NCBI GenBank assembly: GCA_000708835.1 | Contig: DF237252.1 | Span: forward strand, 1 to 64,000 | Length of the DNA: 64,000 nt | Reading direction: 5' to 3' | Source of the DNA: Klebsormidium nitens | Lineage: Eukaryota > Plantae > Klebsormidiophyceae | Shown here: piece after piece, positions 25,501 to 37,800 of the stretch | How the letters are laid out: each line of letters begins with the position of its first letter | Position numbering within the stretch: position 1 is the stretch's first letter | Made by a program: the position numbers and the translations under genes | Notes under the pieces: model-generated | Told to the model about the DNA's origin: nothing | Seen by the model: only the letters and a program-made list of their open reading frames with translations | Databases searched by the model: none

Positions 25501-28500
25501 CGGGGACTGCGCGCGCGTGCGGCAGATCCTGGCGAACCTCGTGGGGAACGCCGTGACGGTGAGCACCAAGAGCGTATGACCTTCCCGCCACAATTTGAAA
25601 AGTTGCGGGTTCGAATCTTTGAACCAGCTATACAGCCTGGTCATGGTTTTTATCTGCCGCAAAGCAACGGTAGTCATTCCAAATCTATATGTAAAAACGG
25701 AGGAGAGGAGATTAATGTGTACGGGATCCTGAAGGGCAAGGCGACAGCTCAATAAGCGAGAGGACGGATGAACGGCCGGTTGAAAGAGCTTCGCCGCTTA
25801 CATGAAGACTTACTCCTTGGATTCTTTTGGCAAAGATCGATAGGGTGAGCCGAAAAGAATAAGGAACGTTTCGAGTCCCCTTTCCCAGCTTTCCCAATGT
25901 CTCGTGAACGGGAACATGCCCGCATCGTAGGTGATTGGAAAAAACAACTTTTGCTTCTATGAGGTCTCATTTCGCTTCGCCTTGCGTCGATCCCGAAGTC
26001 CTGTACTCAACCTCAGCGCGTGTACTCTTCTCAATATTATGTACAGGCTTTTCAACACCAAGTGTAATGGTTTCAGGTTTTATCAACTCTGGAAGATCTG
26101 ACAATTGAACAACGGCCCGCGATTCCGTCCGCAGTTCACGAACGAGGGCCAGATCGTGGTCCGCGCCTCGCCGTCCGGCGCGCGCGCGCCGCGCCCCGCG
26201 CCGCGGCCCATCCTCAAAGCGCTCCGCACGATGGTCCGATCGGTGTCGCAGCGCTTCTCCAGGAGTCGACGACGCACGACCGTTCGCAGCGAAGGTTCCG
26301 GTGTCCGGCAGAGCGCGCCGCCGGAACCCCGGCAGAGCGCGTTGGCGGAATGGATTGCGGGGTATGCGAACAAGCTGAGAGCCGCGATTCTGTCCCGCGT
26401 GACGGCGGAGCAGGCGGGGAAAATCACCGTCGTCTTCGAAGTCGACGACACCGGTAAGGTTCCTTCCCTGATTGTGGCACACGTTTGAGCTCAGGACAAA
26501 TCAATGCCGCTCCTACACTCCTACTAGGAAGCGAGAGCTTCATCGCTGTTGACTGCTTTCGTACCAGGCTCCATGTGCAATTGTTCTGTGGATCTGTGCC
26601 AGGAAGGAGTACGCTGCAAAGCTTGGGTAAAGACACAGACCCCAATTGTCTGGAAATCATTTGACCTACTCTCGCCCATGTATGCCTTTGCATTCTTGCT
26701 CTCAGATTATTCCCGTTGACTACCACAAATGATGAGCGAGCCAGGGGAATATAGGAAGGGCATACGGCATGATCAGCTCTTGTTTCCCCGAAATCACTTC
26801 GCGCCTCGTCTCCCTCCCCATCACTTGATTACAACATCAAAACCTGTTGTTATAGATTCCAGGCGTTGGCATCCCCCCCAGCCGGCAGAAGGCAGTCCTC
26901 GGAAGTTTCACTTAGGGCTGCTCAGCTTGATTCGTTAACATACTCTAGATTCGCTTATTCTTGCAACTATGATCACAAACCTGTTCTTGCGTTCTCCAGG
27001 CGTTGGCATTCCTCCCAGCCGGCGGAAAGCGGTGCTCGGCAGCTTCACCCAGGGATCGCGACAGGGCGGCGGATACGGACTGGGCCTCGCGATGGTCCGA
27101 AATCTAGTCACCCTCATGCGGGGGGGGCTTCACATCGAGGACAAACAGGGGCCCGGAACTCTCTTCCGGTTCCACATAGTGCTGGAACTTCCCCCGAGCT
27201 ACGAAGAGAGCCCTTTCAGCACCCCCAAGGGGACGTTCAAGTCTAAGGCGTCGCGGCGGGCGACCGCAACCAAGACCTCGCAAGTCGCGGCGTCGCCTTT
27301 TCCCAAAGGGCCCAGCCGGAGAGCGACGGGTGTGAACACGCCCGGTGTGAACGTGCCCCAGTTCGTGCGCCAGGAGCTGTCGTTGCTGGAGCAGGTATGT
27401 CGTGACACTTCAGGGATAGTAAGCTTAAACCAAACACTAAAATTTTAACCGATCACCTGCTCCGCACCCGTACCCACCCTAAACCCCCAAACTAACCCTA
27501 CCCGTCCCAGGCCGGTGATCTTACTATTCCTAAAGCTTACTATTCCTAAAGCTTACTATTCCTAATGCGTCATTGCTTGGCGCAGGTCGAGGGGGGCACC
27601 GTCCTGCTGCTGAAGGCCGACCGCGTCGGGCGCGAGGCGGCCGCGGGCTGGATGACGCGCCGGGGGTTTAGGGTTTTGGAAGCGGAGCGGTGGGGCGGCC
27701 TGCGGCACGCGTTCCGCGTTCTGCTCGGGGGCAAGCACACCGTCTGGTTTGAGGACGAAGAGGCGGACGACCTCGCGGAACTGAGGACGGGCCAAAACGG
27801 ACGTCCGAATGGTGACGTCAGCCCAGACAGCCGCGTCCGACGTCCGTCCAGGTTTCGGCAGAGCGAAGGAGATGCGGTCCCCGGCGAGAAAGGAACTGAC
27901 AGAAACGGACGGCCGGATGGTAACGTCAGTAGCGACAGCCGCGTCCGACGTCCGTCGGCCATACGGCAAAGCGGAGGAGATCCCGCTTCCAGCGACAAAG
28001 TGACGTTAGCGGACAGTCATCTTTTCGGACAGCTTCTCGAGGGTGACAGCCGCGTCCGACCTCCGTTCGCAGTGCGGCACAGCGGAGGGGAACCCGTTCC
28101 CGGCGAGAAAGTGACGGCAGCGGACAGTCAGCTTTCCGGACAGCCTCTCGAGCGCGACAGCCGCGTCCGCCGTCCGACCGTGACAGTGACCGCCACACGG
28201 CACAGCGGCGGAGACTCCGTCCCAGGCGAGAAAGTGACGTCAGCGGGCAGTCGGCTTTTCGGACAGCCGCTCATTGGTAATTCGACCAGGCAAAGCGGCC
28301 GGGGCAAAGCCCCGGGCACATGTTTCCTGATCCTCGACACTGCGGTCGTGCCCGGTTTTCCGTCCCCCGAGGCTCTAGCCACCGCGCTGCGCTCCCTCAT
28401 GGAGGAGTACGATCCGACGGCCCCAAACGCGCCACGTGTCGTCGTGGCGTGGCTCGTCTCGTTCGCGCTGCCCGGCGCGGTCTACGAGGAGATGCGCTCC

Positions 28501-31060
28501 GCGTCCGGCTGCCGCATCATAGCGTATGACGTCCTGCACCCGTCGCGCCTGATGTCCCTCCTAACCGCTATGGTTAGCGATAACCCGAACCCGGACGTGT
28601 TGCTAGGAAGCGCGGTCCCGGCGGCGGCGGCTCCGGTCTGGTCCCAGTTTGTGCGGTCGCCGAAGAAGGCGTTCGCTTTAACGGAAGAGGAACGGCAGGA
28701 GGTGCTGATCCAATCGGGAATGGCGTTCGCCTCGACCCGCGGCGCGGTCGACGAGAAGGGGCCGGAGCGCGCAGCGGATTCCGCTCCCTCCGGCGGAATC
28801 GCTTCAAGCACAGCGGAGAGAGTCTTGTCGCAGGAGTCCACGACGACGTCAGCGACAAATGGCGATGACGTCACCGAGATCAAAGCCCCAGCGTCGCTGA
28901 CGGTTGCAGATAACCAGGCGGGGTCAATCGGGGTTAACCAAACGGGTGGCGGTAAGGAAATTGTGAGCCCGGGGAAAGAGCCGGGGGGCACGGGTTTGGC
29001 ACTTGCGGGAGTTCACGTTCTGATCGTGGAAGATACGGTCATGCTGCGGAAGCTGGCGACGACCATCCTAACTAGGGTTGGCGCGAAAGTGTTCGCAGTC
29101 GAAAACGGGCGCCAGGTGGGCTCGCCACTTCCGCCGCTCTCCATTGCGCTCTTTCAGACCTTTTCAGACTTAGTCGGAATCTCATGACGTTTAGAGTGTG
29201 GCCAAAATTGAATTGAATGCTTTGCCTCACGAGCTGAAAGGTGACAAGACACCGGTGGAAACTTCCTTAGGATCACATTTTCCGCCGGGAATCCGCTGAC
29301 CGAGTCTTGCTGTTTTGCTTCCGGTCGAGATGACTGGAAGTACAATCGCTAGAGTGCCACCCTATATTGTGTGCCGTAGCCGAAAGGGTTCGAAGCTGGC
29401 CCCAAAGTCTTTCAGTAAATCCTCAAGCCTTTAACCTTTGAAGCCTTACCTGTCTTCCCCGCTACTAATCTTTCCTCTCCTCGAAACCGCGTGAAGTATG
29501 AAACCATCGAGTGTCCAACCTCTTACACACCCGTTTCTCATTTTAGAATCCCTAGGAACCCTCATTCCCAAAACCCCGGACTTTTGCTTCTCTCCTCAGG
29601 CGGTAAACGCTGTTCTAGCCGCCATGGCTCTGCAATTGTGCACGCAAAAGGCCGCCCCCTCGCTGTCCGAGTTCGGCCCCCCTGCGGACGCTCTCGCGGA
29701 GGACCTGCGGACGTCCGGCTGCTTCGATCTAGTTCTCATGGACTGCCAGATGCCGGTGCTGGACGGCTACGGCGCCACGATCGAGATCAGGCAACTAGAG
29801 CAGGGAGAAAACGTGCACGTGCCCATCGTGGCGCTGACGGGTGAGCCCTGAAAGCCCAGGGTCAAGGTTTTTGAAGTCGGAAACTGAAACCCTAGACTTT
29901 CAGACTTGATTTGCAGCTTGAGTTGCTCTGTTGCTTCACATGTTTGCCCTATCTTGACGACGGGCAAGTTTCACGGGCTTTCTCCTGCGAGTCTTTCTCT
30001 TGTTGGTGTGGCTCGCACACACAGGTGCGGCCGAAGCGAAGTCAGCAACTAGATCGATCGACATGTTGCCAAGTACAGAGGTTCGTCTGACCAGAAACGC
30101 GTTCACTTCAAGCTCAGCGCATCAGTCTTGGTAAAGTAGAAGTTGCTGGAAGGAATTTGTTTTTGCGGGCCCAGAAGCCTTTTGAAGCGGTAAGTCGAGA
30201 ATGAATTCTCTTTTCAAGACAGACCATGCTCTTGCCCAGACCCGAACCGAAAGATTGGGAAAGCCTGACACGGCATGTCCAAGTTGTGGAGTGCAAGGGC
30301 TCATGCTGAATTATAGCGCTTTAATTTGTGCAGCCCACGCCATGGCGACAGACAAGGAGAAGTGCCTCAGCGTTGGGATGGATGGGTAAGACCGCGAAGT
30401 TTTCAGTGCTTTGATCGCCCGTCAGAGGTTGGAAAAAAGACGTGCTGAATCTAAACCTAGATTGCTGATCTGTTTCCCCGCCCGATTGCCTTCCAACAAC
30501 GGTGCCTTCCAATTCGCCGCCGAGAACCTGAGACGACCGCTTTCGGTTGGCGCGCTAGACGGTGTTCGAAAAACGTTTCTTGTTCCAGCCTCTTGATTTC
30601 TTCGAGGATGTTTGTATCCCTGTTGGTTGGGGGATTTCAGCTTGACCAGCTTTCAAAAGCCTTTCATTGCCATTATGAATCTCAGGCGGCACATCTTGTG
30701 ACACTTTCTGAGCCTGTTTGTCGACGAAGCTCAGCTTTGGTTCAGAGGCTTTCTTGGTCACTACGTTGCCAGGCTTAATTGAATCATGCTTTTTGTCTTG
30801 AAAACTGCGTACATCCTGTAGTCGTACTCGGTCGACGATTCCGTTGCTTCCTTTACTGGCTTCTCGTTCAAGAAGCCCTCGGAATGATCCTAGTGCTCAA
30901 CGCGCTGAGTGCTCAAGTCGATGGCATCCATCTTGATTCCGACCTGTATGAAACTTGACTTTTTGAGACTTTCCTGACCAGGTACCTGACAAAACCAATC
31001 AACGTGCCCTTATTGGTCAGCACCATAAGGAGCTTCGTCAAACGGGAAGCGCCCACATGA
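19505..31060 (+). CDS. Hybrid sensor histidine kinase 1, AHK1/CKI1-like (TM, extracellular Cache-like region, TM, HisKA, HATPase_c, receiver), ~1455 aa
   Basis: 14 phase-consistent exons: 19505-19657, 20371-20619, 21444-21755, 22034-22262, 22877-23070, 23737-24019, 24886-25010, 25352-25558, 26135-26453, 27000-27394, 27586-29115, 29600-29840, 30334-30385, 30982-31060. Motifs: FLAAMSHDVRTP, QILANLVGNAV, FEVDDTGVGI, GYGLGL, VLIVEDT, DLVLMDCQMPVLDGY, PIVALTAHAM, GMDGYLTKPI. Confidence 0.93.
27397..27578 (+). mobile_element. MITE copy B, filling almost the whole of HK1 intron 10 (27395-27585)
   Basis: 182 bp, starting atgtcgtgacacttcagg and ending cctaatgcgtcattgctt. Flanked by ggagcaggt (27388-27396) and ggcgcaggt (27579-27587), an 8/9 match. 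The 16-bp subterminal unit cttactattcctaaag occurs three times at 27520-27567. Confidence 0.9.
27826..28275 (+). repeat. Coding tandem repeat in HK1: four 36-40 aa units starting DSRVRRP
   Basis: gacagccgcgtccg starts at 27826, 27934, 28045 and 28156 (spacing 108, 111, 111 nt), all in frame within exon 11. Confidence 0.9.
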
Positions 31061-31808
31061 TGGAACCACAGTACGTCTGGCCGCGTTGGCACGCCCGCGG
31101 TCGTCCGCTGGCCCGCGTAATTGGTCACTAAAATCGTCAATTGGTGACGTATTTGTGCAAAAGAGCGGGAGGTCCTGATCGGATGCAGCATTACAGTCGG
31201 CAATGCTAGCAATCTAGGACACGTTTCTATAATATACTGGTAGATCATTCCGTTCCGGAGGGAACTACAGAAATTGTAGTGAGCGCGGACCAAGATCACG
31301 ATTGAAACCATAATTTGACACATAATCATAGGCATGTAACATTGTTGTGCAGCTCATACACCGTCGTGTGCATTTATTGTACCTTTGATCTGTAGCCAGT
31401 CACTGAGTGCGGACACGATTCTTGATCAGTTGGAAGCACAACCTATGACACTAATCAGAGGCACGTAGCATTGTAGCCAGCTCAAATTCCGTCTTATCCA
31501 ATCAGTTTATCCTCAAGTTGCACGTTAAGCCAGGGCACAGACCTGCAGAAATAGAAGATGCATAGAATAGGCAGGCTGTGTACCTTAGGTTTAACTAGAC
31601 AATTGATCATTGAACCTCGCGGTAAAGATGCGTTAAAAACACCGCGCATTCATATCATACCGGTTACCGTAAATTTTGCATCTTCATTTAATGTCGGAGC
31701 TGTAAATGGACTCTGCCAATCTTAAGCTTCTTTGACCCAGGAGGTTCCTCAAGAGTGCTTCGCATCAGGACTGGTGAAGATCATTTGATTTGGTATACCA
31801 AGTACCAT

Positions 31809-34800
31809 CTAACCTGCTTCTGCACCTGCTATAGATCTAAGTTCACCACGAGAAATGCTGAGAGGATCGTCCTTTTGGTCCGTTAGCATCACGTAATCTG
31901 GGAGCACAAGAGGGTACACTGGTCTCCCAAACATCGTAACCGTCTGAAGCTCTTGGTCCGGATTACAGAAGACCTCTTCGTTGCCGGGCGCAAGCTCGGG
32001 AGCGGCGGTTTCTTGCCCTTCCTCCAGCAATTGATTGCCGCCAGGAAGGCTGCTGACTGTCAGCAATCGAATCGAGCCGAACGCGATTCCCATCTCAAGG
32101 ACCGCTCCGTGGGCCACGGCGCCAATAGAAGACGCAATATCACCCCGGTTTGCTGCCTCCGCAATCGCGGCAACGCGCTTTCCAAGATCCGCAACCATGA
32201 GGGAGAAGATCCGCTGAAAGTGTTGTATCCGGAATTCACTAGCCGCTTCGCCCAATGCATCCGTCTCCCCATTCCTTTCGCTATAACCCGGCAGACCCGC
32301 TTCCCTCTCCGGCTCTTGAAGCGCGGCTGACGTCAGCGCGTGCGCGGTGAGCGTCAGCTGAACGAGCCACTCCGCGGCAGCCGCAATCAGCTGCGCGAGG
32401 CCTTCCGTTTCCTCTTCTACGCGCGCGCATCCCGCGCAAACCGCCTCGACGACCACCCCGCAGTCCTCCTCCAGCGACCCGAGTGCGCGCGATGCGACCG
32501 CCTCTAGTTCTGTCGCATCCAGCACAAAGCCCCCATAGCTTATGGCAGCGGTCGGATCTTGCTCGACCGGGTCATCTAAACCGGGGCCCAACCGAGGGCA
32601 TATTAGGGCGACCGCAAGCTCCCAGTTCGTGCAAACTGTCGCCAGCCGCCGGGTCACGGTGAGAAGCCCGTTACCGACTCCCGGGGAACAGCTCAGCAAC
32701 ACACTCCTAAGGTCCCGTGCAAACTCTGCCACGTCGTACAGCACCCTCGCTTTGGCAGACCAGAGCAGCTGGTGGAGCACCTCCTGCGCCCCGCTGGGGG
32801 AATAGTACCGTACGACGTCGCTCTCCGTTCCATGCTGCTCCGGGACCGAACCGGAACCGGAGACCATTTCCGTCAGAATGCGCAGCGACTCGTCCGCCGC
32901 TCCTTCAATCTCCGGAAGCCCGCCCTGGATCACGGCGCCGACGGCCGCCTCCGCAATTGCGAGCCGCTTCAGCAGCGCGGCCGCGTCGCCCTCCCTCCGG
33001 CGCGCGGTCCCCGCCTGCGCGCGCATCAGCGCGCCCTGCCGCCCGCTCCTCCCGGCCTGGACTCGCACATCTTCCGCATGCGCGCGTGCGACGCGCGCAC
33101 ACCCCTCCGACAGATCGCGCGCGGCGCGCGCGACTTCGTCGTGAAGCTCCGAAACCCAACCCGCGATCCGTCGCTCGAACGGTTCCGCCCAGCTTCCGCC
33201 CCGCGTTGTGGGAGGCCCTGTGATCGGGTCCCCGTCCACATCGTCGTGGCCGTCGCCCAGCCGTTCGATAGCGTCTCGGTCCCTCCGCAGGGCCTCCTTT
33301 TGTTGTATAAGAACCGTCTCCGCGCTTTGAAGGCCTTGTTTTTCCATGGCGTCGATTTGGTCTTGCAGCCTTTGTTCCTGCGCGCGCACGTTTTCCAGCA
33401 GGGCGTGCTTCTCCTTGGCGATCTCGACGTTCAACGCCTCCAGCTTCGTCTCGGCCTCGGCCGCACGCGCCTGGAAAGCGCGGCAGATGGCGACGTTGTG
33501 ATTCGGTCTTGTGGCGTTAGGATTCGTTACACTGGGTCCCCGTACATGATTTATATCGTAAATAAAGTTGAATCCGCTGAGTTCTGTTAAAGCACGAGGT
33601 AATCAACAGGAAGAGATAGTTCCGTTCCGCTCTTACAAAGAGGAGAGTTTCGGGGCACAGACGCCAAGTAGGCAATCAGCAGATCTCGCCACATCAACTC
33701 GACGTTGCGCTCTGCAGGGCATTGACTGTATATCACCGAGTCCGGCTCGTGTAAGCTGACCGCTGTCCTAGGAATGGAAAGTTGTTGGCATTTGGAGGTC
33801 CAAGGAGGGATATTTCTAGGAGGGCCACTCCATCAAGAAGTGACTGGGGTCTTTAAGGGGAGGTGGCCCCTTCTTATACAAGACTGAAACACTCACCTGG
33901 TGATTTCTTTCCCCAACGGACGAACATCTTTCGCCTCTACGTGGAGACTTTTGCCTTTGGCCTTCCTGTTCCTTTTTCACCATCAAGGGAAAAGCGTCAA
34001 ACTCGCGTCCAACGTAAGTGTGCAATGTTATCGTCGTGTTTGCAAGCACTCTGCCGGCGAAGCCTCTCGCTTACCTCCGTTGCTTTACTTCGTTCGCGCG
34101 CCGCGCGCAGCTGCTCTTCCGCGAGCAGTGCGCGCGCTTCCAGCGCCTTGGACCGCTCGGAAGAGGAGCCGACAAGCTCACCCAGCGCGCGCTCGCGCTG
34201 AATCCTGCGGGAATGAGAAAAGGTTTACTAAAACAATCCGCAGAAACTGCTCTTTACTCTGGGGAGAACGGACTGGCCACTTAAATCACGAGGAAAGAGA
34301 AAAGAAGGGAGGTGAAATGAGATTCGCGATTCTGATGGAGAGGATAGTACGATACCGAACGGAGCAACAAAGAGTGCCCATGTCGTTTTAAATTCGCCTA
34401 GTATGTAGAGTCGGACAGCATACTGTCCAATTCTTCGCGATTTTCGACTCCAGGATCAGCTGTTCAAGGAAATTGGTCCAAAGTTCCTTGTTGAACACGA
34501 GAATGACGGGCAAAACAAACGCTACTGCAAGAAAACCAAAAACCCCCAACCAGATCAGACTCCAAAAATAACCGTGGGGTATGCTCTATCACGTGCCCTC
34601 ACTTGACTTGCGTCAGCTCCTCGTCCTTCGTATGCAGCCGCAGCTCCAGGTCCGCGGCCCTTCTCTTCGCCTCCGCGCCGCCCGCGGCCGCGCGCTCCAG
34701 TTCGGCGGACAACTCGCGCACTTTTGCCTCCAGGGTCTCGCGCATTCTCCTTTCGGAGTTCGCCGTCTCGACCGCGAGGGCTTTTTCTGCGCGCAGTTGG

Positions 34801-37800
34801 TCGTGCGCGAGACCCTTGGCAGCGAGGGACGCCGCCTCTTGTTTGGCCTGGAAAAGCGGGGTTAGCGAGTCTTCTTTGGTCTAGAAAAGCGGGGTTAACG
34901 AGTCGGTCTGGAAAAGCAGGGTTAGCGGGTCTTGTTTGGCATGGCAAACCAGGAATAGCAAGTCTTCAATGGCCTGGTCAACCGGGGTTAGCGAGTAATC
35001 AGCCTCGCAAACGGGTACAGGATGTTCATGTGGATTAGAATGAACGGAACGAGCGTGATAGTTGAACGTCATTGGATGTTGTCTAGGTTTAAAGTCACTG
35101 AGCGAGGTGGAAACGAAATGTAGAAGTTTGAACATGGTTTGACCGTAGTACTAAATGGTCCAATCAAGAGGCAGACTAGTATAGAGTCAGTCGGAATTGA
35201 TGCCTTTTTAGACAAGGCGTCCGTTAGCAGCTTTGAAAGCCTTGAACATAACACACAAGATTCGCCAACGCCTGCGGTCAGAATATCCGTCCGAGGACCT
35301 GGAACCGGGCTAATCGGCTTTAGCTTTGCAAACACAATTTGACTGATTTGATTTCCTCTTCAGAGAGCTTCTCGAGTTAGTCGTCACCTGTACACACTCC
35401 CTGTGCGCCGTCTCCAGCGTAACTTTCATTGTCGTCGTCCATTCCTCCAGCCGCAAGTTTGCCGCCTCTAGTTCTTGCACCCGGGCTCTGAGCTTCTCGA
35501 CGAGGACGCTGTTCGCAGCGCCATTTTCCTGCGCTCCACAAGAGAAGGAACGTGAATTCAACACCCATAATAAGGAAAGTCCAGCGTTTACCGCTTAGAT
35601 TGGAGACTGTTGACCAGTGTGCTGGAATTCTTCGCTTACCCAAATTTTGCGGAAATTGGATACGCGCACTAATTCTTCAAAGACAAGCGGAGCTGTATCA
35701 AGTGTGTGGACGACATCTTTCCCAAGCAAAGCTTGTCAAAGCTTGCTTTATGCCAGGCTCGGTCTCCAGTTTCTGCGGACTCGACGTCACATGTGCCCGT
35801 CCCTTTCAAGCTTACCGGACCGAGACCCCGTCAAACGGCCGTCACTATTCTGACGCGGTCCGTTTTACGTGCAACTTCTATCAGATATCAACACCCACTG
35901 TGAAGAGCCTCCAAACGAACACGGTCAAGATCCACAAGTTCATGTCGTGACACTTCAGGACTAGTGAGCTCAAGGAATAGTAAGCTCAAACCAAAGACTA
36001 AAAACCTAACCTAATAAAATTACCTGCTCCGTACCCGTAACCACCCTAAACCCCCAATCTAACCCTACCCGTCCCAGGCTGGTAATCTTACTAATCCTGA
36101 AGCTAACTACTCCTGAAGTGTCAATGCATCACAAGTTCCTGTATCTCACCTGTTGCTGCCGAAAGAGCTCCAGAACGCTCTTCAGCCGCTGCAACTGGCC
36201 TATGTACTGCGCACTTTCCTCATCCACTTCTGCGGTTTCTTCCTCTTCCGCTGCGCCTTGCAAGGTGCAGTGCAGGTCATTCAATTCCTCGTCGTGGTGA
36301 CCCTTCCCGCCCCTTTTCTTCTGCTTCTCTGCTTGCTGTGCGTTCAGCAATTGCTGAGACTTCAGGTCCTCCAACTGCATAAGTGCAAAGAGCCTGGCGT
36401 GAGGAATTATTACAGGAGCGGAGGGGGAAAGCTTATGGCGCCTGCCCTGCAACATACTGGAAGAGAGATTTGCAAACGGTTACGAACAGTCTGCCGGACT
36501 GTGGACCATATTCATCCTGAACCACTTTGTCGTACTCCTTTGTTTCTCCCACAACATTCAGGCAGGTTTTCAGCAAGTCGAAATCTACGAAGAACCACTT
36601 TCTCAGTCGGATCACCGCAGTAAACCAACCCCCAGCCTCATCCTCAATCACTCTCCAAAACCCCTTGACAAGCAATGAATCTTAGTTCTACCAGGTAGCA
36701 TCAGAAAAGATAATCATAGGCTTGCGTCTAGTAATCTGAAAATGCCGCCAGCGCTCAGTTTCCACTCATCCACCAGTCTCCTCATGACTTTCTCCAAGGA
36801 GCGTACCTGCTTGCCGAGCAAGTGCAGGTCTCGCTCCCTCCGCTGCTTCTCCTGCTTGACCCTGGTGGCTGCTTCTTTGGTCTCCAACAGCTCCTTGCGC
36901 AGCGCCGCTATCTCCTCAGCAAGGCTCTCCTTGTCTCGATTTTCCAGGCCCTTCAGCAGGCTCTTGTGCGCTCTGTTTGCAGAGTTGTCGTGCTCCCTGC
37001 ACAGAAAGGGACAGCTCGCACACTTCGTATCTTGTTGCGCAACTCTTACTCGATCATTTGATACCAATGCATGTTTTGAGTGTTGAGAACAAAGGAGTGA
37101 ATCAGTGTGCAGGTGTCGTTGAATGTGCTGCAGGTTGTTGGTAGGGCTTTCGTATGTCTCCAAGCGCCTACAACCTGGTAGTTTGCCAGGTTTCAAGGTT
37201 TTTTGAGTAACAGTCAGCGTCGAGTGCATGCAAAACATATGCCACCGTTGCTATCACAGGACAATGGCATAGTCTCGGCATACCTGCAAAGAGTATGTTA
37301 ACTTTGAGTTGAATCAAATGCAAGCCTTCCGTCCTTCAAACACAGCCAACATGTGAATCGTTCTTCATGCGGGAGAGCTCGTTGTCTCCTAGCAGCTCAC
37401 CTGATTGGGAGCTCAGCAAAAGCAAACTTTGGGCCAGCTGGTCTTGGTGGTGGAATCCCCTTCACAGGCTGGGGCACAGCGCTCCGTGGACGAATGCCTG
37501 GCTTGAAACCCTTAGAATGCTGCATTCTGCTCATGCAAAACCCCTTCAATTTGATCAGACAGGAATGCTGTCTGATTGATCAGAGGAGCCAGCAGACTGG
37601 CCTCAGAAGACTCTAGCTTGCAGAGCTACCTACTTAGCTTGGGCATGCACTGCTATGTATTTTTTGGAACTTGGCACGCCAACCCAGCTGTAAACCTGTT
37701 TGTCCGTGAATCAACGCTGCAGGCAGGTCCCGAAATGCGCCTTGCATCATGGCGTAAGTCCTCATGCACTGTTGGTGAACTAGGTATGTCGGACGTCGAC

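Noticed and set aside
27470-27505. Telomere-like CCCTAAA/CTAACCCT tract
   Set aside because: It is not a telomeric array but an internal part of the MITE, present in all three copies.
28482-28991. Long antisense ORFs at equivalent positions in both kinases (also 41648-42223), and many others opposite GC-rich exons (e.g. 1665-2240, 15637-16335, 32772-33590)
   Set aside because: GC-rich codon usage depletes stop codons on the opposite strand, and paralogy explains the matching positions. There is no independent coding signal.
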